A stretch of 64,000 nucleotides of DNA, from the NCBI GenBank assembly GCA_020725175.1, contig DYFM01000007.1, forward strand, positions 1,054 through 65,053, written 5' to 3'. Positions 10,498 to 20,200 of the stretch are shown piece by piece. This stretch comes from Candidatus Paceibacter sp. GTDB lineage: Bacteria > Patescibacteriota > Patescibacteriia > Magasanikbacterales > UBA922. Positions within the stretch are counted from its first letter, which is position 1, and each line of letters starts with the position of its first letter. A model generated the notes under the pieces. The model was not told where the DNA came from, did no database searches, and saw nothing but the letters and a program-made list of their open reading frames with translations. The position numbers and the translations under genes were made by a program.

Positions 10498-10974
10498 ATG
10501 CCCCTCACCAACCCCCTCAAACTCACCATCACCATCCTCCTGTCCCTCTCCGCCGGGTTCATTGGTTCTTTTTTCACTGCTTCATCTGTTCGAAACTGGT
10601 ACACAACGATTGAAAAACCGGCCCTCAATCCACCAAGCTGGGTCTTTGGTCCGGTGTGGACGATATTGTTTATTCTCATGGGGGTTGCGGCCTATTTGGT
10701 GTGGAAAGAAGGGTTGGAAAAGAAACGAGTCAAGGTTGCGTTGGGGATATTTCTTGGGCAACTCGTTTTGAACACGCTTTGGTCCATTCTCTTTTTTGGT
10801 TTACAAAATCCAGGGACAGCACTTATTGAAATCATCATTCTTTGGCTTGCTATCGTAGTGACAATGGTGGCTTTTTATCGAGTCTCCAAACTGGCGGCGT
10901 GGCTTCTCGTTCCTTACATTCTCTGGGTGAGTTTTGCGAGTTATCTGAATTATATGATTTGGGTGTTGAATTAA
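10498..10974 (+). CDS. tspO: TspO/MBR tryptophan-rich sensory protein
   Basis: WY..IEKP.LNPPSWVFGPVW, LVPYILWVSFA. Confidence 0.93.
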   Translation: MPLTNPLKLTITILLSLSAGFIGSFFTASSVRNWYTTIEKPALNPPSWVFGPVWTILFILMGVAAYLVWKEGLEKKRVKVALGIFLGQLVLNTLWSILFFGLQNPGTALIEIIILWLAIVVTMVAFYRVSKLAAWLLVPYILWVSFASYLNYMIWVLN

Positions 10975-10980
10975 TTGCAT

Positions 10981-11718
10981 ATGAATTCGCCTGTTTATGA
11001 TTTAAACAAAATAAAGTTTAGTACCGACCCGGCAACGTATGAGCGAGCGGTGGGATTAATCCAAAATGGAAAGGTGCGAGATGTAAAAGAGAGCTTGAAT
11101 GGGTTTCAAGCAACTGTTATTGGTACTGAACCGTATCGTGTGGTGGTTGGATATCGACAGTATGAGGATGGGGATTGTACGTGTTATCTCGGGGAGCGAG
11201 GTGAGGTGTGTAAACATATGGTAGCGTTGGCTCTGTACGTGGTGCTTCAGGGTGCGCCCGTGTCCGCTGAAGACATGCGGCAATATACAAAAGCAGTTTG
11301 CAGTAAAAAGATTGGTGAACTATCTAACAAAGAATTACTTGATGTAAAACAACAGATTACCGTGGCGCTCAAATATATCAAACCTTATGATGGTCCGTCA
11401 CGTATTTGGTTCCGTTATCAATCATCGTTGTCAGAAGGGTGTGCACGTATAACAGCCCTCGCGTCAGAATTGCCGGTAAGTAAGCAGACAGCAAAAATAT
11501 TGGTTGATCTTCTTATCCGAATGGAACGAAAACTTATGAATGGTGTTGATGATTCCGACGGGACTGTGGGAAGTTGTATGGAAGAGTTGGTTTTGGTGTT
11601 GAATGATTTTGCTATACTGTCTTCGGAATGCATAGAATGTTTTGGGGTTTTTTGCGGAATGCAAACGTCTTTTGGTTGGGAAGAGTCGTTGGTCCGCCTT
11701 TATACTACTTCTAACTGA
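10981..11718 (+). CDS. SWIM zinc-finger protein
   Basis: CTC-x7-CKHMVA SWIM motif; DDSDG acidic motif. Confidence 0.8.
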   Translation: MNSPVYDLNKIKFSTDPATYERAVGLIQNGKVRDVKESLNGFQATVIGTEPYRVVVGYRQYEDGDCTCYLGERGEVCKHMVALALYVVLQGAPVSAEDMRQYTKAVCSKKIGELSNKELLDVKQQITVALKYIKPYDGPSRIWFRYQSSLSEGCARITALASELPVSKQTAKILVDLLIRMERKLMNGVDDSDGTVGSCMEELVLVLNDFAILSSECIECFGVFCGMQTSFGWEESLVRLYTTSN

Positions 11719-11742
11719 TATTATTTTTTTAGCCCGTTTTAT

Positions 11743-12480
11743 ATGAAGCAAAAGAAAACAAATGTAGCATCAAAAACAAGTAAAAGACAATCTAAAAAAA
11801 GTATTGATTTTTCAGCAGTAGACATGCCACAACTTATCGATTGGGCGCATGAGGGAACCAAAGATTCACTTGATAAACTGACTTCGTTTATCATAGAGAC
11901 AAACAATACGGAGCTACGAGAATTTGCCAATATCGCTTATGGGGAAGCGGAATATTTTTACTATAGCCCAAAAAATAAACAAGAAGAACGTGATCTTGAA
12001 TTGGCATTTTTAATTCATGAACGAGAAGAACATCTGATTAAATTGTTAGCAGAAGCTGATCGATTGAGTGTATTGATAAAAAAAGATAAGTTGGAACAAG
12101 AGATTTATGACAGTCTCATGAAAAAGCAAAACACCAAAAAGAAGGTAGAATGGCAATATCGATATATGGGTGATATACATGGTTGTCAGGCTCGTTTGCA
12201 GGAGGTGGAAGAGGACATAGAGTATGAGAGTGCTTGGCTCAAAGAAGCACTAGGTATGATGAAAACAAAGCGATACGAGAATCTACCTGAAAGTGTTTTT
12301 GAACATATGCGCCTCAGTGAAAGTGGCTCGTTTTGGATAGATGATATGGGTGGTTTTGCGGAGAATTGTTGTGACATCTCTTGTCCTCATTGCGGATCGC
12401 ATAATACGGTTGAGATAGATGATCAGGTTCATCCAGTTGGAAATTTTCATAAGTCAGAGATCGAAGATATACCGTTTTAA
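11743..12480 (+). CDS. Hypothetical coiled-coil protein with C-terminal CPHCGS Zn knuckle and EDIPF tail
   Basis: 245 aa ORF; CPHCGS; ends EIEDIPF. Confidence 0.7.
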   Translation: MKQKKTNVASKTSKRQSKKSIDFSAVDMPQLIDWAHEGTKDSLDKLTSFIIETNNTELREFANIAYGEAEYFYYSPKNKQEERDLELAFLIHEREEHLIKLLAEADRLSVLIKKDKLEQEIYDSLMKKQNTKKKVEWQYRYMGDIHGCQARLQEVEEDIEYESAWLKEALGMMKTKRYENLPESVFEHMRLSESGSFWIDDMGGFAENCCDISCPHCGSHNTVEIDDQVHPVGNFHKSEIEDIPF

Positions 12481-12493
12481 TCCGCCCACAGCC

Positions 12494-12612
12494 CCACCTC
12501 CACCTCCACCTCCACCTCCACCTTCACCCAAGGCGGATAAACAAGGCGGATAAACAAGACGGATAAACAAGACGGACAGGTAAGACGGACACGTGCGGCG
12601 GGGAAATTCATT
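12494..12612 (+). repeat. Compound tandem repeat element, copy 1
   Basis: (CCACCT)x5, five 13-mers of CAAGRCGGAYAAA type, tail TGCGGCGGGGAAATTCATT; second copy at 52666-52753. Confidence 0.9.
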
Positions 12613-12746
12613 AAAAAGTAGTTACTCATTAAAATATTGCATAAATTGGAAAGTATTGTAAAATACATAGTGACGATTGATGGGGTGAATTTGTTGTACA
12701 AATAAAAAAACTATGTCTTACAACTTTTATTCTTAACAAAAATTAT

Positions 12747-13133
12747 ATGAAAGGCTACATCACCAACATTGAACAAGCAACTATTGAAAACACCGATTAT
12801 CGTAGAGTTCTCTATACGAGTAAACATAGTCAGTTGGTTCTCATGAGTCTCAAACCGGGAGATGAGGTTGGAGAAGAGGTGCATGACTTGGATCAGTTTA
12901 TCCGCCTAGAGCAGGGGACAGCCAAAGTAACGCTCGATGGAGTGGAGCACACGTTACGTGCTGACGACGCAGTTGTTATTCCTGAAGGCACAAGACATAA
13001 TGTGGTCAATATCGGGGAAGATGAGTTGAAGCTCTATAGTGTGTACTCTCCTCCGGAACATAAAGATGGTATTGTTCAACCTACCAAAGCGGATGAATTT
13101 GATGAACACTGGGATGGGGTGACGAGTGAGTGA
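12747..13133 (+). CDS. Cupin domain protein
   Basis: SQLVLMSL..G.EVGEEVH..DQF, IPEGTRHNV, YSPPEH. Confidence 0.9.
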   Translation: MKGYITNIEQATIENTDYRRVLYTSKHSQLVLMSLKPGDEVGEEVHDLDQFIRLEQGTAKVTLDGVEHTLRADDAVVIPEGTRHNVVNIGEDELKLYSVYSPPEHKDGIVQPTKADEFDEHWDGVTSE

Positions 13134-13234
13134 GGGTAGTATTTAGTGTGATAGTTGTAAGGAGTTAGTAGCTAGTAGCTAGTTGCTTGTAATTAGTGAA
13201 CGCAGTATGGCGGTAAGTATGTAATTACACATGC

Positions 13235-13755
13235 ATGGGTAAATTATCTACCTCCTTTTTTCAGAGGTAAGTTCTAACAGTAGCACCGGAATTGATCGGT
13301 AAGGTGTTGGTTCGTCGTTTGCCGGATGGAACGTTGTCTCAATCTTTTATTACTGAAGTAGAAGCATACGATGGGGAACAAGATCTTGCGTGTCATGCGT
13401 CAAAAGGCAAAACACCTCGAACGGCAGTTATGTATGAACCGGGTGGAGTGTGGTATGTGTATTTGGTGTATGGTATGTATCATATGCTCAATATTGTGAC
13501 ACGAAGTGCCGGGTATCCGGCAGCAGTGCTGATTCGAGGCACTTCCGGTATTTCTGGTCCCGGAAGATTGACGAAACACCTTCAAATAGATCGAACGTTA
13601 ACTGGGATGAAAGCGAAGAAAACAGTGGACTGTGGATTGAGGATCATGGTATTGCAGTTCCATCGAATGAGATTATTCAGACGCTGAGAATTGGAGTTGA
13701 TTATGCTGGTCTGTGGGCGAAGAAAGAGTATCGGTTTGTGTGGTATAATAGTTGA
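13235..13755 (+). pseudogene. mpg: DNA-3-methyladenine glycosylase (MPG/AAG family), disrupted
   Basis: [39 protein letters not shown] motifs; in-frame TAA at 13268-13270 plus a frameshift near 13612. Confidence 0.85.
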
Positions 13756-13780
13756 GAAATAGAGTTTTAACATTTTATAT

Positions 13781-16543
13781 ATGCCAAATGATGGGTTAGG
13801 TAAAAGAAGAAGAAGATTGGTTCGGGATATTGAAGAAGAAAGGCGCTCTTCCGATGAACCAACAACTAAGGGTGAATCTTCTCCAAAAGTACCACCAGCA
13901 GAGAATAGTGGTACTAAAGGTGCTCGTATAGAAAAAAGGCAAAGAACTGCCACTAAAGAGCTACCAGAAAAAAAAGTTGTGCCTTCTGTAAAAGAACAGC
14001 TTGAAGAAGGAGTGCTACGTCTTTCTGAAGTCTCTGGAGACGAGACACTTTATTCTCACCAGGAAGCTATCATGGTTGATGTCGTAGATTATCTTCGTGA
14101 AATAATTAAGAGAAAAAAGAAACCATCTTTGGACACAGAATCATTCCATTACGCACGAATTGTAGCCGCACCAAGAACAGGTAAAACGCGTATTGCCGCT
14201 GAAATAGTTCGTCGTACTGGAGTAAGAATTGTATACTTAGTTCCTGCTCTGAATTTAGTAGAACAAGCAATAAAAGAGTTTCGAGACCATTTAGGGACAC
14301 AGATAAACATTGCAGCTTATACAGGTAGAGATAAAAAAGATGTTTCGGGGGCTCATATTATCATTGGCACGTATCAAAAAGCACAAAAACAAGGAGAAAT
14401 AGGTAAAGATCTTCCCGAAGAATTTCACCAAGCAGGTATTGTTTTTCTTGATGAGGGGCATACATCGACTACCGAACAGCGAACAGAAATGCTACGAAAA
14501 GCGTTTTCTCCCGAAGCTGTTAAAATAGCTTTAACCGGCACACCCGACTATAGTGAAGAGCGACTACTTGAAAGGTATTATCCTGTTTTAATACATGAAC
14601 TTAGTATTCCAGAAGCGTATGAGTTAAATATGTACGCTCCTTTTCAATACAGTATTATCGAAATGGATCGAGATGCCTCGCATGTATCATCTGAGGGAGA
14701 GGATTTTAATTCAGAAGAACTAGGTGAAATATATACTCAAATTCCTGTACTAGAATTGGCATACCGTTTACGTAAGATAACCCAGACAATGGCTAATACT
14801 CCAGCTCTTATAACATGCGCCAGTGTAAAACAGGCTAATTTACTACAGCAGTACATGGAAGAAAAAGGTATTTTGTCTGAGCTCATTACTGGAACGATAG
14901 ATAAAAATCATAGAAAAAAAATTCTTGATAAATTTGATAGAGGTGAAGTTGATACTCTTATTACTGTTAAAGTTTTAACACAAGGATGGGATTCTCCGCG
15001 ATGTAAGTACCTTATTGATCTAGCACCAACTTTTTCACCTGTTTTGGCCCAACAAAAATATACACGACCACTCACTAAAACTGATAATAAACAGATAGCC
15101 ACTATTGTTACGGTTGTCCCAAAAAACCTTCCGGTTGAACCGATTTTTCCAGGAGAGGTTTTTTCATTAGAGGAAGATATTGTTTTGCCACCTGGAAGAA
15201 TCATGTCACCGGATAAAGAGATTCAGAAACCCCAAAACGAAGAATATCAATTACCTTCAATTGATAATCTTACGGTTCGATTAGTGGCTGATCTACAAGA
15301 TTTTCACTTTATGGCAAGAAAAGAATTGGTAGCTTCACCCCACACTTTACGATCAATTTTGGAGACCGGATTAAGGCAATTTTCCAGAAATGCTAAAGAA
15401 AAAAAACTCATGCTTATTGCACTATTAGCGAGTCGTTTCAATTTTAATAGAACGCACTTTTCTCACGAGTCATTTGTTGGTAGCGGTCGAGTTTTGTTGA
15501 GGAGATTGGGATTTAAGAGTACTGATGAAGGGTATACGCAGTTTTTGTATGCTTTTTTTCCTGAGGAAGCAGCTACAATTTTTCTTTTTAAAGATCAACT
15601 ACAAAACTATCGTTTTCTTTCTACTAATCGACTGATGCGATTATTAAGACAAGAAGAGAGTGTTAATTTGCGTTCTACTACAAGTGATTTGATGACTATT
15701 AATCGGGGATTACTGAGTGGTGATCAAAAAGTTAGAAATAATGCAGCAGCGGCAATGGAAATCCTTTCTCAGGGTGGTAACGAAACTCATTTGTATTCAA
15801 ATCGTGCAGAAAGTTTACTTGATCCAGAACATCCTGCTGAGGATTTGTTTGTTCAACATACGCTTCTTCCAACGGTAGTTAATGATTTGGGTGAAAGGGA
15901 TATGAAATATCTAAGAGAAAGGGTACTGTTAGGTAAAACATTAGATGAAACCGGAAAAGTACTGGATGTTTCACGTGAGAGAGTGAGACAGAGAGTTGCA
16001 ACTCTTCTGTCTAGAATGAAACATAGGTTAGAGTTGATGATGAAAGCATCTTCTGAGATAAAAAGTGATCAGGTTGAAAGTTTCCAACTGAAAAAAACAT
16101 GGTCCGAAAATTTTTTGTTTATAGGAAATTTTATGCTTGAAGCAGGTAGAGAATTGCATCATATTTTTAATGAACAGCTGCCTGATCATGAAGTTTTATT
16201 TTTCCATAATGAGTTTAGTAAGACTGTTAAAAATGTAATAATGTTTATGAATGAGATTGGTAGTTTATCACTTAAAATTGCCGAACTATATGAGAAAGAA
16301 AATATTTCTGATTATTATCAAGAATTAAGGGATAAACTATTTACTTTACAAAATTTGATGAGTGAAATGCAGAAACAAGAAGAGATATTACAAATAAAAG
16401 TGCAAAGTGTTATTCAGCAAAAAAACTATCCCTGGGTATTGGCTCTGCACGTAGAGATGCAGAAGTTTTTTTCTCAACAAAAAAAAATCAAAAATTTATT
16501 TCTGCAAGTTTGGTCTCGTTTATATGAAGCGCGTAACCTATAG
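13781..16543 (+). CDS. SF2 (ResIII/DEAD-like) helicase with C-terminal sigma70 region-4-like HTH
   Basis: APRTGKT, DEGH, LTGT, QGWDSP motifs; KTLDETGKVLDVSRERVRQ HTH. Confidence 0.8.
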   Translation: MPNDGLGKRRRRLVRDIEEERRSSDEPTTKGESSPKVPPAENSGTKGARIEKRQRTATKELPEKKVVPSVKEQLEEGVLRLSEVSGDETLYSHQEAIMVDVVDYLREIIKRKKKPSLDTESFHYARIVAAPRTGKTRIAAEIVRRTGVRIVYLVPALNLVEQAIKEFRDHLGTQINIAAYTGRDKKDVSGAHIIIGTYQKAQKQGEIGKDLPEEFHQAGIVFLDEGHTSTTEQRTEMLRKAFSPEAVKIALTGTPDYSEERLLERYYPVLIHELSIPEAYELNMYAPFQYSIIEMDRDASHVSSEGEDFNSEELGEIYTQIPVLELAYRLRKITQTMANTPALITCASVKQANLLQQYMEEKGILSELITGTIDKNHRKKILDKFDRGEVDTLITVKVLTQGWDSPRCKYLIDLAPTFSPVLAQQKYTRPLTKTDNKQIATIVTVVPKNLPVEPIFPGEVFSLEEDIVLPPGRIMSPDKEIQKPQNEEYQLPSIDNLTVRLVADLQDFHFMARKELVASPHTLRSILETGLRQFSRNAKEKKLMLIALLASRFNFNRTHFSHESFVGSGRVLLRRLGFKSTDEGYTQFLYAFFPEEAATIFLFKDQLQNYRFLSTNRLMRLLRQEESVNLRSTTSDLMTINRGLLSGDQKVRNNAAAAMEILSQGGNETHLYSNRAESLLDPEHPAEDLFVQHTLLPTVVNDLGERDMKYLRERVLLGKTLDETGKVLDVSRERVRQRVATLLSRMKHRLELMMKASSEIKSDQVESFQLKKTWSENFLFIGNFMLEAGRELHHIFNEQLPDHEVLFFHNEFSKTVKNVIMFMNEIGSLSLKIAELYEKENISDYYQELRDKLFTLQNLMSEMQKQEEILQIKVQSVIQQKNYPWVLALHVEMQKFFSQQKKIKNLFLQVWSRLYEARNL

Positions 16544-16653
16544 TTATTCACATTTTTCTCGGTACTGAATAATTTTTGTGGTATACTTTGTAAGTCTAAA
16601 GCTCACTTTAGGCATATAACGTAAGATATTTGATTTATTATTTAACAACCCAT

Positions 16654-17268
16654 ATGCAGGAGGCACAATCCAAATCATTTTTTCGGTCCAGCTTGTTTTA
16701 CTGGATTGTTTTGTTTCTCGTCGTCGTTCTCGTCGGCGGTTTTTTTTATTGGCAATATCAGAAAGAAGATCCGGTGCTGAAGAGTTTGAGCGCTGATTTG
16801 CAAGGTGATGTAGATAGTGTGGGAAATCCTTTGCCACCGGGGGTTGAGGTGATTGAGGAGGGGGGGAAGAAAAGGGTGAAAAATCATTTGGATGGTTATT
16901 CTTTGTTAACATCATTAAGTTCTAGTGTAGGTTATGAAAAAGGGGTTCTTACCATTAACGAAGAAATTAAAAAAAACGTAGAAATTGAAGGGGGTGCGGC
17001 TTTACCACAATATAAAATAGTTGTTTTATATGAAAAAAAGAATCTCGAGGATTGGGTTAAGGAATGGGTAGAAGAGCAAGAATATGGTTTGGAATATACT
17101 ATTACAAGTCAAACCTACCCTAATCTTGGTGAAGTATTTTTAATAACTGTCCCGAGTTTTGGATATTTAGAAAGACATTTGGTTTTTAGGATAGAAGATA
17201 AAATTTATTTTATTGATTACTTTCTAAAGGATCCTGAAGAGATAATCTCAGGCTTAACTTTTAATTAA
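16654..17268 (+). CDS. Membrane-anchored hypothetical protein
   Basis: N-terminal TM helix; 6 nt upstream of the M23 gene. Confidence 0.7.
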   Translation: MQEAQSKSFFRSSLFYWIVLFLVVVLVGGFFYWQYQKEDPVLKSLSADLQGDVDSVGNPLPPGVEVIEEGGKKRVKNHLDGYSLLTSLSSSVGYEKGVLTINEEIKKNVEIEGGAALPQYKIVVLYEKKNLEDWVKEWVEEQEYGLEYTITSQTYPNLGEVFLITVPSFGYLERHLVFRIEDKIYFIDYFLKDPEEIISGLTFN

Positions 17269-17274
17269 TCTATT

Positions 17275-20200
17275 ATGGGAGGGTATGTAAAAATCTTAAT
17301 AACTATTTTGTTTTTTTTGTTTCATCCTAGTTTTGTTTTTAGTGTAGAGTTAAAGCCATTTGATTATCCTTTATATCAGAAATTGGTACAAACTGTTCGC
17401 TTAGGAGGTAGTTGGAGCAAGTATTACGGTCACTTAGGTGAAGATTATGGTGCTGATCCAGGTGATACAGTATATGCTGTAGCAGATGGTGTTGTAGAGT
17501 TGGTGAAAAATTGGCCTTTGTGTGATAAATTTGAAAAAGTTAATGGTGAGTTAAAGAAAGTTGATAGTGCAAGAGGTTGGGGAGGTGTTGTCATCATAAA
17601 ACATGATTTAAAAGGGGAGGGCAATTTTTTTACGAAGGATCTATATCTTCCTAATTCTCCAGTAGAAGAAAATCCGGAGGTTGTTTTTAGTCAATATGGA
17701 CACTTAACAAACTTAACTGTTACGAATGGGCAGGTTGTTAAAAAAGGAGAAAAAATAGGAGAAATTGGAAAAATGTGTAAGTGGATACCACATCTACATA
17801 TTGAAATTAAAGATAAAAATGCTTTAGAGAACGAAATTTTAGACGGAGTTGGTAGTGGTTACTCTGGTAAACATGATCATGCCCCACATAGATACAAAAT
17901 TTTAGCTTTTATAGAAAAAAATTCTTACTTGAGTCTTTCGGATGATCCCCAACAAAAACCTGCTTCAAACAACCTGGCAAGTCCCATCATTCTTTCTCCA
18001 TTTACAAATCCACAATTCCTCTCCAACTTCTGGTCATCAAATAAGGAGACTGCCGTCTTTGCTGAGCAGTCTCCTTTTTTATTGGAAAATGTCATTGAGC
18101 AGATGAAGAAACCGAAACCAGATAATGATGTTCCGACAAAGGATGCTGGTGAGCCGAAGAATAATCTCGAAAAACCAAAAGAAGTCGTCGAGAACGGCAC
18201 ATATACCGCTACGCTGGTTGGTTCGCCAAAAGAAGTTCAGGTACTAAAAGGGACGAAGACGGTAGAATTGAAGCTCGAAGCAAAAAATAGCGGAACTGTA
18301 GCTTGGAAAAAGAAGGATATTTCGGTGAATGTCGTCGGAGGAAAAGCAAAAAATAGCAAGTACGTCACTGAAAGTTGGTTTACCAAATTGCGACCGGCTC
18401 TCCTTGATCAGGAACAGGTTTCTCCTGGTAGTATAGGAACATTTACGTTTGTCATTGCAATTCCTGAAGATGAAACTTCCATTACCTTACCGTTCATGAT
18501 TGTACGACAAGACGTACAAAACAATTTTTATCAAGTGGGAAATCAGCAATACATATTTCAAATTAAACAAGTGGACAGTTTACCCCTCGTTCAAAATGAA
18601 GAACCAGCTGGAACCGGTGGTCCAACAGATATCGACGATCCAAACTTTTTTGCCGACATATACAACGAAACAAAACAGGTAGTCAAAAAAACAGTTAAGA
18701 AAACTACGGACACAGTGAAAGACATCACCTATGATACTATTGATGTTATTAAAAACATACCACAATACTTTTCCGGTGGTGGGGGATCTTCTATAAATGA
18801 GGGTCAATACGAAGATGATAATTCTGTTGATACAGGAAATGAAAACAATAATGACATTGATATCGATGCTAACATTGAAAGTCCAACCAGCACTCCTAAA
18901 GAAGATGAACAGGTAGAAGAAACCGAAGACGAGCAAGTAGAAGAGCAAATTTCCATTCTTGAACCGGATCACACGCCGTACATTACCAACGCAAATCCAA
19001 TCATAATAGCAGGTGAACGAACGAGTGGGGTGGCAAGTGTTTCGTTGGTGGGAATGGACGCTGAGGTGGAATATCCTACAAGTACCGGTTGGCTTTTGCG
19101 GTTCAATCTATCGGAAGGTGAGCAGATGATTCAGGTGCAGGGGAAAAATGCCGCTGGAGCAGTGGTTGCGACTACAAGCGTTGGGTATGTATTTGACGTT
19201 ACGCCACCAGATACTCCTGGTGTAACAATTACCCAAACCGGAACAGATCCGACGTATGTTTCGGTGTCGTGGATTTCTTCGGATACGTTGAGTGGAATAA
19301 TGTCGTATGACGTAGAGCGAAAGTTGATGGGGAACGAAGCAAATGAGTGGGAACGTGTGCTTACAGATACGGCGGAAACAGAATATAATTTTGAAGCGTA
19401 TCTTGGTGATATATATGCGATTCGAGTTCGCGCACGGGATCGGGCGTACAATATTTCGGAGTGGAGTGGTGGAGAAGAAGGGGAGACGTATTATGTTGAT
19501 TATACAAAAGAACTAGTGATCAATGAAGTAAACTGGATGGGGACGATGAATAAGGCAACCGGTGGATGTCGAGATCATGAGTGGATTGAACTCTACAACC
19601 CAACAGAAAATCCGATCGACTTGACCGGTTGGACAGTGACGATTGAAAACAAATCCGGACAGATGAATACGCTTACACCGACCGGTTCTGTTTCTCCGCG
19701 GTCATATTACCTTTTGGCTCGAAAAGCATCAAGCCGTTCAGCTGTGATAGACCTTCCGATTGATCATGAATACCAGAATATTGTTTTGCCAAATGATGGC
19801 GCACGGTTAACGTTACGGAATAGCGTGGGTGAAATAGTCGACGAAGTGAATTTTGTTGACAAATGGCCGGCAGGTACACAAACTGGTGGACCAAGTAAAA
19901 ATTTCTATCGTTCCATGGAACGGGTGAGTTCGTATTTGCCGGGAAGTTTGACTGACAATTGGCGGACGAATCAACATATTCCGGTTCTTGGGAGAACAAA
20001 TAATTGTGGTGAATTATTTGGGTCACCGCGCCAACCAAACAACGGACACTGGTTGTTGCGTGCACCGGACTTTTATTATGCTGATGTGTTTGATGCTTCC
20101 GGTACGTTAACACTTTCAAACCGTTTCAGTCCATATGTATTGGACATTGGAACAATAATTCCGGCTGGAAAAACATTGGTGCTCGAGCCGGGGGTAGTGG

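Noticed and set aside
12529-12593. 13-mer and 8/16-mer arrays as a CRISPR array
   Set aside because: Units are contiguous with no unique spacers, and no cas genes are present.
12477-12701. Minus-strand ORF with VEVEVEVEV, and similar ORFs at 26150-26401 and 52542-52857
   Set aside because: They are translations of the DNA repeats, with no coding evidence.
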